Source of the DNA: Eutreptiella sp. 'Long Island Sound 2002'
Taxonomy: Eukaryota > Protista > Euglenida
Reading direction: 5' to 3'
NCBI GenBank assembly: GCA_964036045.1
Contig: OZ038378.1
Span: 200,012,001 to 200,076,000 of the forward strand
DNA length: 64,000 nt
The position numbers and the translations under genes are program-made. The notes beneath the pieces are model-generated. The model ran no database searches. It was not told where the DNA came from and was given only the letters and a program-made list of their open reading frames with translations. Positions 21,375 through 33,128 of the stretch are shown in pieces (positions within the stretch are counted from its first letter, which is position 1; the number at the start of each line of letters is the position of its first letter).

Positions 21375-21875
21375 GAGCTTCAGATGTATCATCTCCTGCG
21401 CCGCCCTTCTGGAACACTCGCGGCTCCCATTGAACAATTGCTGATGGCACTGGCCTTGGAGGCAGAAGATTCGGACACGGACAGCGCCAGCGATGAGGGC
21501 TCTTTCCAGCTCAGTCTGACTGACGCTTTAGGGATCCTTGGCGTTATGAAGGATGTTGCCGTTCCTCATAGTTCTGCACCTGTGGTTCCTCATGCAGCTG
21601 CTCCAAGCAAAAACCCCAATGCTGCTGCGGTAAACATCGGTGTGCACAGTGACCACGAGGCTCCAGCAGGCAGCAGCAGCCACCCAGAGCCCCGCGGCGA
21701 ACCCAGACTGGATTCGGTATTGCACCTCAACTCCAATCCCACCCCTGACAACGACGTAAAGGGGGAACGTTGGACGCGGTGTGCACGCAGTGCGGAGATG
21801 GAAGTGCGGTGGATCCAGTCGACATGTGGGGGCTACATGACATGCGTCTTCAGGTCGTTTCTTGGACGTGTGTGA
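21375..21875 (+). CDS. Exon-like hypothetical coding segment (acidic/Ser-rich; possible degenerate zf-CW at its end)
   Basis: Acceptor CTTCTCCCAG at 21374, then an open frame containing EAEDSDTDSASDE and ERWTRCA. Confidence 0.35.
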   Translation, partial: ELQMYHLLRRPSGTLAAPIEQLLMALALEAEDSDTDSASDEGSFQLSLTDALGILGVMKDVAVPHSSAPVVPHAAAPSKNPNAAAVNIGVHSDHEAPAGSSSHPEPRGEPRLDSVLHLNSNPTPDNDVKGERWTRCARSAEMEVRWIQSTCGGYMTCVFRSFLGRV

Positions 21876-24291
21876 CGGGTGTGTGGGTCTGCGATGGACA
21901 ACACTGCTGGCACACAATGCTGCGCGTCACTGGGCTCCCAATGCTCAACAATCTTCAGTCTCCTGTGCAAATGACGCCGAAATCCCCAATCATCATGACC
22001 ACGAGCAGGAGCAAGATGCTCCAATGACCACAAGTGCGAGGCATAACGTGGCCACGATACTTCAGCATTTTGTAGAGAGCCCGGCCTGTAAACGACAATG
22101 TCCATGGTATCCGAGAGGGGGTTCAGGTTGCTCCAGAGGCCGGGGAGTGATACATCTAGGCTTGGCTACTGTGAACCAATTTGTGTTAACTCGTTTTCTT
22201 ACAAGTTGGGGTCAACTCGGATTTGTGTGGGTCATGATGCATTCTCTGACACACTATCAGCATTGCACGCCTTGTTTGGGGTTGTCTGTTTGTCAGCTGG
22301 AAAAGGCCGATTTTCTGTGTGGTGACGTCATCATCGTGGTAGAGTGCTGTGTGGTGCAAGGTGGTACACTACAACAATGGCGCACCATTGGGCATGGCTT
22401 TTCAGAGGTTACAGTCCGCTCTGCGCGCACGCCGAGCGCACGCTGACCAAACAGAACCCCAGCCCCAACCCCTGCCTCACGCCCATCTTCAGTCCCAGTG
22501 CACCCCGCAGCTGTTGGTGAGTTGGGACCAGGCCCTGCACCCAGTGATGAGCAGATGGTGGCTAAATCAGGGCTGTTCGAAAGGGTCGAGAATTTATTGC
22601 GGAGGGGGCACTGCTTTGGTAAGTAATGTGTGTGGCGGTGTAGGCGGAAGGTACACCATCTGTGTTTTTATGTCGCACTCAAGAGCAGCCTTTTTGTTTT
22701 GGCTTTAATTTTGGCAACAAAATGTACTGGCCAAAGAATATGTGTCAGTCTACATTTTGCATTTGGGTTCCCAAAGTGGGAGAACAAATGGTGAAGCGCA
22801 AAAAAAAATTGATGATACTGGCGACATTTTGTTGCTCCAATTGCTCCTTCCGACCGGGACGAGATTCCAGGTTATGTGGATTTGCTGTGGTCTCGTTTGG
22901 CCTCCACCTGCCCCCTCCCGGACTGAGGGTCATGTCTGTCTCTAGCGAGGATTCACAGAACATGACGCAGGATTTTTTTTTTTGTGGTGGGCTGCCGTTG
23001 TGCCCCTTTGCACTAGCCTTTACCGCCCATTGGGACCCCATTTCAATGCCTCTTTCACAGTGCACCCCACGTCAATGGGAATGCTGTGCATGCAGTGCAA
23101 ATTTTTGGATGTTGGTAACTACTCGAACCCCAGTTTCGGCCCTTTTGCGGAGGTTTGTTGTTCCATAATCGGGGTATTTAAGCTTCTTATGCATTTGGGG
23201 TATCACAAATTTGAATTATTATCCATTTTCACCTATTTTCACCTATTTGTACCCATTTTCACCCATTTGCCATTTGGGTAGAATTGAGAATACTCCACGC
23301 AGCAGTCAGCAGCCTTCATCAGGAATTGAGCGAAGATGTGAGATGGACACAAGAGTTGGTGTGTCAATCCTACACCAATCACGCTCCTGCATTCACCCTG
23401 CATCACGTACTGTGACAGTATGGACAGTATGGGTGAGGGCTCGTGAGGGTTGGGTGAGGGTTGGGGTTAAGGAGTCCCATGTGGTCCTTCGCGAACGCAC
23501 GGACAGTTCTTTGATTATGAAGTAGGTAGTCACAATGGCGCTTACAAGGGCCGCTTGCACAGGAGAAGGAGAAGCTGAGGGGCAAGACGGACAAGTTGAC
23601 GGAAGCCCAACAAGAATATGATATTCTACAAAGGTGGCATGGGGGAGTTTCACTGCAATGTGCCCGCACTGCACGCAGTGCAAAAACTTGGCCATTGTTC
23701 GGTGGATCCTGTTGGGCACTGCATCAGGGTACCACCAGAGCAAACGGGCAGTGGCCTGGGGTTTGGTGACGACATCATAGGACCGCCATTTGGGCCCACC
23801 GCTGCTTTGTGGCTTCAAAACGTCCGAAGTTTGGGCGCTCTGACCGCAAGGCGTTTATGCCTGCTTTAAGGCGGCGCGACACCACTTCCAAGAGCCGTTG
23901 TGCCTCCCCATCCGCGGCAGCCCTCGCCGTGCCACTTGGCCACAAAATGTGGGAAAGCAGGGAAATTGTGGGCCACAGCGTCCGAGCCCCCAAGCATTAG
24001 GTGGCATGTGTCCTCGGTTAGAAAGCAACCAGTGGGACCTGCCTAAGAGGCGGGGGCATAAGGTGCGGTCAAGTCTTACCTTTTTGCATTGTGCAAGTTT
24101 GTATTGCAAATGCTGCAAGGCACATGATGCATGATGTGGATCGAAGAGGCAGGTTAGCCTGCTACAAAACCAGCGCAAGTTGTCATTTGAACTAGTGGAC
24201 GCAACTTGAGTGAGTACCAAGTTTTGGGTTTCACCGGCACCACTATGCTCAGCCGGCTCATCGGCTTCATTTGTTGAGGGCAATTGCCAAG

Positions 24292-25212
24292 CATGGGGGG
24301 CGCTTACCTGTGAGGCCTAACACCCCCCCCCTAGACCCCCAGTCCATACTATTTAGAATGTGGTTGAACCCGGAAATTTTGCACTTGGCCCACATGGGTC
24401 ATTTCTAGTGGGCTGGGGGGCATGGCGCCAACGGCCCCCCTTTTTTTTGCATGGCGCCAAACGGTACCCCCCTTTTTTAGTGTATGCTTCCTCCGTTGGG
24501 GAGTCAATCCACGCTTTGTTGCGTGGCCCCTTGAGTTGGGGTTTGGGACTCGCAATCCACGCTTTGTTGTGTGGCCCCTTGAGTTGGGGTTAGGGACTCG
24601 CAATCTACGCTTTGTTGCGTGGCCCCTTGAGTTGGGGTTAGGGACTCTCCATCCAGGCTTTGTTGTGTGGCCCCTTGAGTTGGGGTTAGGGACACCTAGT
24701 GAGAACGCCAAAGCGTGGGCTAAGGATGTTCAAGTAAGGGTGCAGGCAATGGCAAAGCATAAGCGAACCCATTGTCAGGACTGTGGCCATCCTAACCCCA
24801 GGTGCACTTGTGCATGGGTTGTAGGCCCCCGTATCACCCGGCCCAATTAAATTGTTCATGCATATGGACATATATATGTTTGGCTGTGTTTGTTAGGATG
24901 GAATGAAGACGCTACATTCGAAAGCATGGACCCAGTTGCAGTTGTTTGATGTTGCCACTCGTCTTCTGCTAGCCGGGATGCCTTTGCTGCTTGGGGTGTA
25001 CCTCTTCTGGAATAGGGTACTATTTTTCATTTGCTGTGAGTGGTAAAACCAAAATTCACCCCACTTGTGTATATTCAAAATGTTCAGAATGAAACGGGGA
25101 ACTCAAAAATGCCCCCAAAATGGGGAAAATTTTTGACCCCCCCCCCCCCCCGGGACCCCCCCCGCCCAGGCCGCGGGGGTTGGTGTCTAGAATTGAACTA
25201 GCGCCCCCCGTG
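24292..25212. mobile_element. Non-autonomous hAT-type element, 921 bp
   Basis: 13-bp TIRs CATGGGGGGCGCT (24292) and AGCGCCCCCCGTG (ending 25212), one mismatch. Exact 8-bp TSD TTGCCAAG at 24284-24291 and 25213-25220. Confidence 0.9.
24506..24693. repeat. 48-bp tandem repeat x4 inside the hAT-type element
   Basis: Units start at 24506, 24554, 24602 and 24650 (..CTTTGTTGYGTGGCCCCTTGAGTTGGGGTTWGGGAC..). Confidence 0.95.
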
Positions 25213-25365
25213 TTGCCAAGGGGGACACCTGGTAAAGAACCTCCCCCCCTCCAGACCCCCAAAGTTCTGCAATCCGACTTGTGGCACTTTCAGATTTTAG
25301 CTGGAAACCCCCCCCGTCCCCTAAGGGGCAATTTTCTCTTCAAAAAATGGTTTTCACCCAAATGC

Positions 25366-25407
25366 ACATACCTCAAAATGATCAGTGCAGATCATTTTCA
25401 GGTATGT
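25366..25407. other. Near-perfect hairpin (18-bp stem, 6-nt loop) in a repeat-family sequence
   Basis: ACATACCTCAAAATGATC-AGTGCA-GATCATTTTCAGGTATGT, one mismatch. A degenerate relative lies at about 62384-62434. Confidence 0.85.
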
Positions 25408-25529
25408 ATAATGGGGTAAGCCTCTGTTTCGCTCCTGCTGGCCCCTGGCTGGACCCCCCGCAGAATCCCCTGAAGTGCTCACACGGGGTGCTCCCCTTGC
25501 CCCCCCGCTTTGCGGGGATTCGTTAAAGG

Positions 25530-26345
25530 TTGTGCGGGTGTTCATCCACCGGCATGATGCACCCCTGCCCCCAGCCTCTGATGCCTGGTCCCAGCTCTGT
25601 GGCCCAGTCCCATGCACTGCACCCTGCCCCTTGCCGCTCCCATGCCCCCCCCTCCCCCCCCCCCCCCCCCACGACAACGACCACACTGCCTACTCAAAGC
25701 CCGTACTTCAGCCCTGACAGCCCCCGCTCCTCTGCGCCTGTGCCCCCACGCTCTGGACAAGAGACCTCCGCAGGAAACTCACGCCCGGCCACGTCCGCCG
25801 TACTGGCGTTTGCTGGGCCCCTTGTGACCAGCCACTGGCGGATGCTGCCCGATCCCCAGTCCCCGGGCACAGAACGCGGTCTTTTGTTCCGGTTTGAGCC
25901 GCCCCGCCGCAGTGCCGCCCCGGCCACGTGCCCCGCGTTGGAGTTGCTGGTGCCCCAGTGCAGCCTCGGGGCCATGTGGCGCCGGACTTCTGCCCGCGGT
26001 CCGCCGTTGTTTGACCTGCCGTCTCCAACGTTCCCGCCCCCGTCAACGGACGCTTTGGAGCGGGAACGGGCACATCCATGGACCACAAAGGGCAGCGGCG
26101 AGCCGTTGGGGCAGGGCACGTCAGCCGCGCTGCCCTGCGGAAGCGCGGGGTCTTGTGCAGACCCGGCGGCAGGCGACCGCGGGCTGCCGGGGACGGACGT
26201 GTTGCGTGCGCTAGCCTTGCTGCATTTGCCATGCGCCTCTGCGTTGCACTATGGCTTCGGTCCGGCGGCGTTCGCGTTCGCGGAGCAGCACTTGGACGCC
26301 GCCGTGGAGCTGTACGCCTCGCCGATGAACCGATCGCTGTCGCAG
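25530..26345 (+). CDS. PCIF1: PCIF1/CAPAM-like N6-adenine methyltransferase, exon (5' boundary uncertain)
   Basis: ALHYGFGPAAFAFAEQHLDAAVELYASPMNRSLSQ matches the PCIF1-type ExxASPxN motif. Donor CAG|GTGTGC at 26345/26346, phase 0. Confidence 0.6.
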
Positions 26346-26589
26346 GTGTGCCAGGGCGGTTTTGGCGGGAAAACACGATTTTTCATTCTCTGTTTTCATC
26401 GGTTCGCATCACACAATTGCTGTTGGATGGTTCACAGCAGCCCCTCCAAACAGTCCACTTTAATACATCCCTGTGTTGTGGCCTTAGATGTCGCGCTGGT
26501 TACCGGACGCACTGGTTTTTTCATAGACAAGCATGTCCTGCCTCAGCCTCAGATTCCCCAGAAGTGCAGTAGAACTCCTGGGGTGCACG

Positions 26590-26940
26590 CACGGGGGGGG
26601 CGGCCGGGCCGGGTCCTTGTATGCGACCCCCCCCTCCCCCCCCCCCCCCCCGGGTTTTGAAAGATAGTGGTGCCGGGTCGGCCCCCAACAAATGTCCCTA
26701 GAGAAAACTGTCCGGCGCCCAAGGCGCCAATTTTTTTTTTTTCATACTATGTGTTTATACTCAAAATACTCAAAATTTGTAGAGAATTCATATTTGTGTT
26801 AAAACAACAAGAAAAATGTTTGACCTGAAGGAGGGCTACAGGAGGGCTGCAAGCCCTAACAGCAACCCTAGCCCTAACCCTAACCCCTAACCCCTAACCC
26901 TAGGGCTAACCCTAACCCTACCCTTAACCCTAACCCTAAC
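26590..26940 (+). mobile_element. Second copy of the 363-bp hAT-type MITE; left TIR present, right TIR not found; ends in a CCCTAA array
   Basis: Starts CACGGGGGGGGCG and is nearly identical to 35133-35463 over about 330 bp. Expanded (C)CCTAA repeats at about 26854-26940. Confidence 0.8.
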
Positions 26941-27599
26941 CCCCCCCCTCCTCACCCCTGGCTGGACGCCCCCCTGACCCCCCGGCCAGACCCCCCCCCC
27001 GACCCCCGGCAGGAACACCCCCCCCCCCCGACCCCCGGCAGGAACACCCTCCCCCCCCGACCCCGGCTGCCCCCCCCCCCCCCCCCCCCCCTCAGCGGTG
27101 GCGGCCGGGAACGGGCGTCGCAAGTGCCGGACCTCCACTTCAAAATCCGCAATTTAGGGCCAAAATCAGCCTTTTTTTGTCCAAAACTGCCCCAGAACCT
27201 GCTGAAAACGGCCGAACGAAGGGAAATAGTGGCTCCTCTACACATGCAGCTAGACTTCCCCGTGCCAAAGGGCCCTCTAGGGCCCTCTGACTCCACAATA
27301 TGTCCGCAAACCGCCCCCAAAAGGCCTCCAAAAGCCCGGAATTTGTGCACATTGGCCGCCGATAGCCCCAATCCAAAAACAGACCATATTTGGGGCTACG
27401 CGGCTCAAAACACGATTTCGAGCGCACCTAATCCACCCGCAACCACCCACTTTTGGGGGTTTTCACCCCTCAAAAATGCCCTAACCGACACCTAGACCCC
27501 CGTACCTCGGCCCAGTGGGCTGCGGCAAGCTGCAAGAGGTAGCCCAAAAAGGTGGGTGCCAAAATGGGTCAACAAGGTCCACCGGGTGCAAAAAAAAAA

Positions 27600-28330
27600 A
27601 TGACTGTTTTAAAAAATGATCTTGGACCACACGGAAGGCCAAAACAAGTGTTTTTGGCGCGTTTTGAGCTCGTGGTGGCCCGTTTTGGCCCTCCTAAAAT
27701 ACCAAAATGCCTTTAAAATGGGTTGTTTTGCGACCAAAAATGGATTAAAAATGGGTCAAAGAAATGTTTTTCCAAAAATGATCCTAGACCATTTGGGGTG
27801 CCTAAACAAGTGAAATGAGCCCCTTTCGAGCCCATTGCAAGCCATTTTGGCCCCACCAAAGTCACAAAATGCCTTTAAAATGGGTTGTTTTGCGACCAAA
27901 AATGGGTCCAAAATGGGTCAAAGAAATGTTTTTCCACAAATGATCCTAGACCATTTGGGGTGCCTAGACAAATAAAATGAGCCCTTTTTCGAGCCCATTG
28001 CAAGCCATTTTGCCCACTCCAAAGTCACAAAAATGCCTTGAAAATGCGCTGTTTTGGGACCAAAAATCCATCAAAAATGGATCAAAAATGTGTTTTTCCA
28101 AAAATGCTTTTGGATTATTTGGGGTGCACAAACAAGTGAAATGAGCCCATTTTGAGCCCATGTTGTGCTATTCTGGCCCCTCTCAAGGCCGAAAGGGCCT
28201 TGAAAATGGGCCCATTTGGGACCACAAATGGCTCAAAAACAGGTCAAAACCATGGTTTCCCAAAAATGATCCTAGTCCATTTGTGGTGCCCAAACGGATG
28301 AATACAGCTCGTTTTGAGCCCCTTTTGAGC
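27600..28330. repeat. About 162-bp satellite, about 4.5 copies
   Basis: ATGATC-type anchors at 27616, 27778, 27940, 28104 and 28266. Rich in AAAATGGG. Confidence 0.9.
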
Positions 28331-31300
28331 TGCTCTCATCCACTTTCCAGTGCGTACCTCATTTTTCGTTGATGTGTCCTAGACGATGTTCCTTCCCCCA
28401 CCAGCTTGGTCCCAATATTCAATCATGGTTAGGGTGATGGTATGGTTAGACGGCGGGCAAGGGGAGGTAAGCCTGTGATTGACCAACGCTTGTTCTTGGG
28501 GGCATGAACCCCCGAAATGGCCCCACCTAGAGCCCCCCCCAACCAGCCTCCCGGACCCCCCCCCCCCACAAGGGGGCCTCCGGCCAACTTTTTTTTTGGG
28601 GGGGGGGGGTAGTTGGCGTCCGAGGAGTCGGGCCCCCTGTGCCATGTGGGCACAATGATTGCCTCCACAAAGGATGAAGTGAATGATGGCAGAGTTCATT
28701 GCCAATTTTGTGCTGTCATGCATTTGCACCCACGGCTATTGAGAAACGAGATGTCTTTTTGTGGACTTGGGGGTTTTTTCCAATACGTGGTGCCGTACCC
28801 TCACATAATCCGTGCATGAGGCCACAATCAACCCAGACCAAACCCAAATACCATGGATTTGGGAGTCCATTTTGCAGAAAGAAGTGAAAAAAAGGTAATT
28901 GGCTGTTTTATGGTGAGTCTGAGTTTCTTACGGTGAAATGTGCGCTCTAGTGCAAGTCTGCAACCTACTTGTCTTGTTTGGATGTTGTGTGGGTCTCAAG
29001 GAAGATGGGGAGCAACACTGCTGGACTGGTTTGTTCAGAGCTTGGTTGAGCTTGGGTTGGGGTGGCGTTGCTGTTCAAAGGCGCCACCATACAAAAAGAA
29101 CAAGGATCAAACCAATACCAAGAATCAAATGGGTGACCGTCAACAGAATGGTCGCAGCATTCTTTGGGACCTCAAAATCCACCTGACAAAAACCGAGAAA
29201 TTTTGCCATTTGCGTTGCACTTGAACATTTGACCATCTTCAACTCCCGACATTGCTGTGACACATTCATGACTGAATTTCATAATGATTGGTAACGGCCC
29301 TGGTCAATTTAATCCCCGCACACCCACTAACTCACAGTTCCCCATTGGCTCTTGGTCTCTGGAAGAAATGAACATGTGCTGACGAAGCATGTCCCTCCAA
29401 AACACCATCCTGTGCCTGCCATCTTTTATTAGTACTGCAGTCCCTTCACAACGGATGAGCTCCTGCTTTGTGCTGATGGTTGCCTCGGGCCCGCTGGGGG
29501 GCCTCGGATGATGCGCTTTCTGAAGACGATCACGAGCAATGGACGCAGGTGCGCCCTTCCCACTCTCCCATGGTTGGCAGTTGTGATTTGATCTGTGGCA
29601 GCCATTGCCAACTGATCGAAAGCAGTGATGTGGTTCCGTTATGATGCACGGCATTGGGATCTTGGCCCGGTGCGACTTCAAGGTGCTACAGGATCACTTT
29701 TTGGCATGGAATCCAGTGGTGTGCAGCGGTGGTCTCCACAAGGGTCAAGTGGGTCTCTGTTGCTTTTTCGTAAAGGAAACCCACACAACTGGGTTGGTGT
29801 TTAATGGCCGGCGGCCCATGATTAAGTGACGTTTGTCGGTGTTCAACTGCTTGAGACAAGAAAAAAATTCCGTGGGGTTCCATGGGGTGGTTACCAGCAA
29901 GGCTATGCGAGTGTGCTGGTTGATACCTCTGGGTGTAGGCACTGGTTTGAGTTTTTGGCAAAAGATTGGCTACCTTGCCTGTCCAGAGGAAAAGTATTGT
30001 TGGGAGGTGACATGTTGTCCCTCTGCTCACCAATGCTGCTCCTGCATCCCTCCCCTGCTGGCGCCGGCAATCCTTCACACGGAGTCTTTCCCAGTTCGGA
30101 GGTTGCCCACCACCACTACTGCGGGAAGGTAACACAGGGCCAGGGGGTTCCGGATCACCAAGTGTTACCCATCGGTGGTGCGAAGCATGTCCAGGCATTT
30201 TGCCGTTTTTTTTTTAATGCTTTTTGGTTCGTGCAGTGTGCCAATCCCAACAGAATGTAAACGAGGTCACAGCCTGTGATTTCTGTCAAGGGCAGACTGG
30301 ATCTACCCAAGCAGGCTACCGGGGTCACAGCTCCTTTCCGGGAAAAGGCGGACCAGATCAGCCTTATGTTAGCACTGTGCGAGTGTGTGTGGGGGAGTAC
30401 CAAAGGGCGGGTGATTGGTGCACAAAAGACAGGCGAAGTGCTGCTGAGTACCCACTGGTATGCGACCACATGTTGTACAATTTCACACAGTTGCCCGCAC
30501 CCGGAGGGGGCAGGGGGGGGGAGGGGGCACATGCCACAACCTGGACCCTGCAGATTTTGTGCAGACTGGTGCTACAATTTTCCGGTATTGCAGGCATTAA
30601 CGCCACCTGAAAATCCGACATCACCCATCTGTGTGGGGCTCAGCCCCCGGGAGAAGGGCCCATCACCGTTTCCCATATTATTGCCTTGAACTCAGAAATA
30701 GGTCGTTTGGCAGGTTGGATGGTTAACGCTTAGCGATGGCATATGCGTCCCGCTGCATTTCCACTGCTGTGCATCTGTCGGTGGCGAGTCCACTGGCATC
30801 TTCGCGTCCCATCTTCTGTGACAGAAAGGTACCTATGGTCTCATAGGCCACTGACGAGCCAATTTTCTTTCTGCACTTTGTGCTGACTGCCGCTTGCGCA
30901 CACGTGCAATACAGGGGGGGGGGGATTTCGCCAGGGGACAACTTCGCTGGGGAAACTTCACCTTTCAGATTGGTGATGAAATTTTTTCCCCGCAGATTTT
31001 TTTTTGCGCAATTTGACAGTTGGTTGACAGTGACAGTGACAGGTTGTCTTACTGTCTGATGGCTCTGCACCAAAAATTGGAGTTGTGACGAAGTTTTCCC
31101 TGTCGAAGTTGTCCCCAGACCCCCCTCCCTCCCCTGTAGCTCAGACTTCCTACAGGGGGGGGGGGGGGGGCAAGCAGCTTTGGGTTTGGACCGGGGGTTT
31201 CGGGGGTTCAGGACTGAATCCCCGAAACCCAACCATAACAGCAGCTGAACGTCCGGGGCAGCAGACAGCCCACAGCTGCACTTGTGGGGGCCATTGGCAA

Positions 31301-31492
31301 AGAAGCAAGACCGAGGAAAACAACAGGGAGGCCTCGGGCCAACAGACCGGACGGAAGGGCTGTTCAGGGCCCTGTATGTCAATGAGTAGGCAAACTGTCG
31401 TGCATGGGGGTGAGTGGGTGATGGGTCGGGGGCTTGCGCGAGGAGAACCCTGGACCCGCCTGAGGTGACGCGGTCAGCAAAACGTGCCGCAG

Positions 31493-31547
31493 CTCACTGT
31501 CGGCAACAGGGGTCGCGGCCACTTCATGTCGGACCGCGGGGTCGCAG
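31493..31547 (+). CDS. Candidate 55-nt internal exon of the PCIF1-like gene
   Basis: GCCGCAG| acceptor and CAG|GTATGC donor. Encodes LTVGNRGRGHFMSDRGVA with G/C-ending codons. Confidence 0.35.
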
Positions 31548-31635
31548 GTATGCGGGAGGAGAGGCGTGGCTAGCTCGGCTGTGAGCATCCAGGGGGGAGC
31601 GCTACGCAGCACTTAGAGTTGGCACGTCCCTGCAG

Positions 31636-31829
31636 GTGGATGCGGCGAAACCGATGGCGGTTGATGCGCCACCGACGTCCTCTTCGGCTGCGCAGTGTCG
31701 AATCGAGCATTTCTACTTTTTTTTTTCGGGCAGACATTGTGTCGTGGCAGAACACACCGACCAAGACTGCGCTCTTGGTCTTGTGTTTTATCGAGAAATC
31801 AGCACCTCTCAGAGTTGGTTACGCATCTT
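31636..31829 (+). CDS. Candidate internal exon of the PCIF1-like gene (frame and 3' end ambiguous)
   Basis: Acceptor CCCTGCAG| at 31635. One frame runs open to a GTGAGT donor at 31830 in the phase the next exon needs. Another frame gives the better motif CATDVLFGC but contains TGA at 31662-31664. Confidence 0.4.
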
Positions 31830-32335
31830 GTGAGTTGGCGGTCACCGACGGGACCTGTTGGTCCTGTCGGGAAGCGTGCCAGTGTGAGCACTGTGGCGAT
31901 GTGGGACAGTTTTCCCACGGGCCCTCTGGCCACTCCCATTGCAACAAGAAGGCGGCGGGAAGGCTCCTTCGTGCTTCGGTTGCCACGACCCGCCCTAGGC
32001 CTTTGCTTAATTAGGGGGGGGGGGGGTTCAGGAGGTCCCAGGGGCAGTTACTGGCGGTTGCAGGGGCGGTTGCAGGTGGTTAGGGCGCAAGCAAAGGCAT
32101 GAGGCAAGGGGCTGTGTGACCCTTGGGTAACCCCCCCCTCCCCTTAAGCAAAGGCCTGACCCGCCCCCCCCCCCCCGATGGTGGAGTCTGAGCAGCGGCT
32201 TGGCAGACCTTCTGCTGAAGAATAGGGGCGGGGGCGTGAAGGCGTTGTATCGGGGGCGGCTTTGCAATGCGGGCGGTCACGAAGAGGACGGCACGGATTT
32301 GTCGGGAGGTGCATCGCAGTGGTCGCCTCGCGCAG

Positions 32336-32528
32336 GTGCACCATCATGGCCAACCCGCCGCACGACGAGGCCATGTTTCACTCCTGCGCGGACGTCATCA
32401 CGCGCACCTTCCGGGACATCGCGTCCAGTGCCCTCTTTGTGCTGCTGCTGATCCCCAGTGCCCCGCCCGACGCCGTGGGCACCGCCTTGGCACGGCTCAG
32501 CGCGCTGCCCTTCGTTGTGTTGGATGAG
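32336..32528 (+). CDS. PCIF1: PCIF1-like exon carrying the catalytic NPP motif
   Basis: CTIMANPPHDEAMFHSCADVITRTF...LFVLLLIP matches the PCIF1-type ANPPF..E.M...FIVFIP region. Donor GAG|GTGGTG, phase 0. Confidence 0.7.
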
Positions 32529-33128
32529 GTGGTGCCGCGCTGTGGGGACATGCAAACGAGAGTTGCATAGGGATGGGGCCACGTCAACGCGATGGCGCAG
32601 ATGGGCAGGGGCAGGGGGCAGGGAAGTCTTAGAATGGCCGTACGCCGCAGGAGGAGAGGGGGCGACCCCCCCCCCCCCCGCCAGACCAAAGCGGGCTAGT
32701 GTAAGCAACACACAGAATTCACATTAACTTTGAAGAGATATCTTTTGATTACTGAGCTTTGACTAGTTCAGGTTTAAATGGGATGAGGAGGACTTAACGT
32801 GCATGCCAGTGAACAGTGCTTCTGACGCGGTTTGGGTGCTGATGGAGACCACGAGCGGGTGCATAGGGCCGCCGAGCCCGTCACTGCTTTGCCAGGAGAT
32901 GGCCCTGGTCAACCAGAACCAGAACCAGAACCCGCCAGACCAAAGTGACTTTCGTGGGAAAAAACGAAATTTACAATTGGCAACATCTGGTCGGGCCATT
33001 TTGAGCACACACTTTTGGGTCCCAGACACTCCCCCCCTCCCCCCCTTCTAATTCTTCACTGCCAAGGGGGGTGGTTTGCTCTGGTTTGGCAACCGGATTG
33101 ATTGCTTTGCTCTGCTGTAGCCCACCCA

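Noticed and set aside
22100-22450. YNNGAPLGMAF resembling RT motif B
   Set aside because: No flanking RT motifs could be identified in register.
24349-24850. ORFs with RVPNPNSRGH and VxWPLELGLG repeats
   Set aside because: Products of the 48-bp array inside a non-autonomous element, with no other coding evidence.
29826-30260. VLLGGDM...VPDHQV resembling an APE endonuclease
   Set aside because: Motif spacing and intervening residues are unconvincing.
31712-31729. CTAC(T)nCG resembling the 3' end of a euglenid spliced leader
   Set aside because: The upstream spliced-leader sequence does not match; a polypyrimidine tract is more likely.
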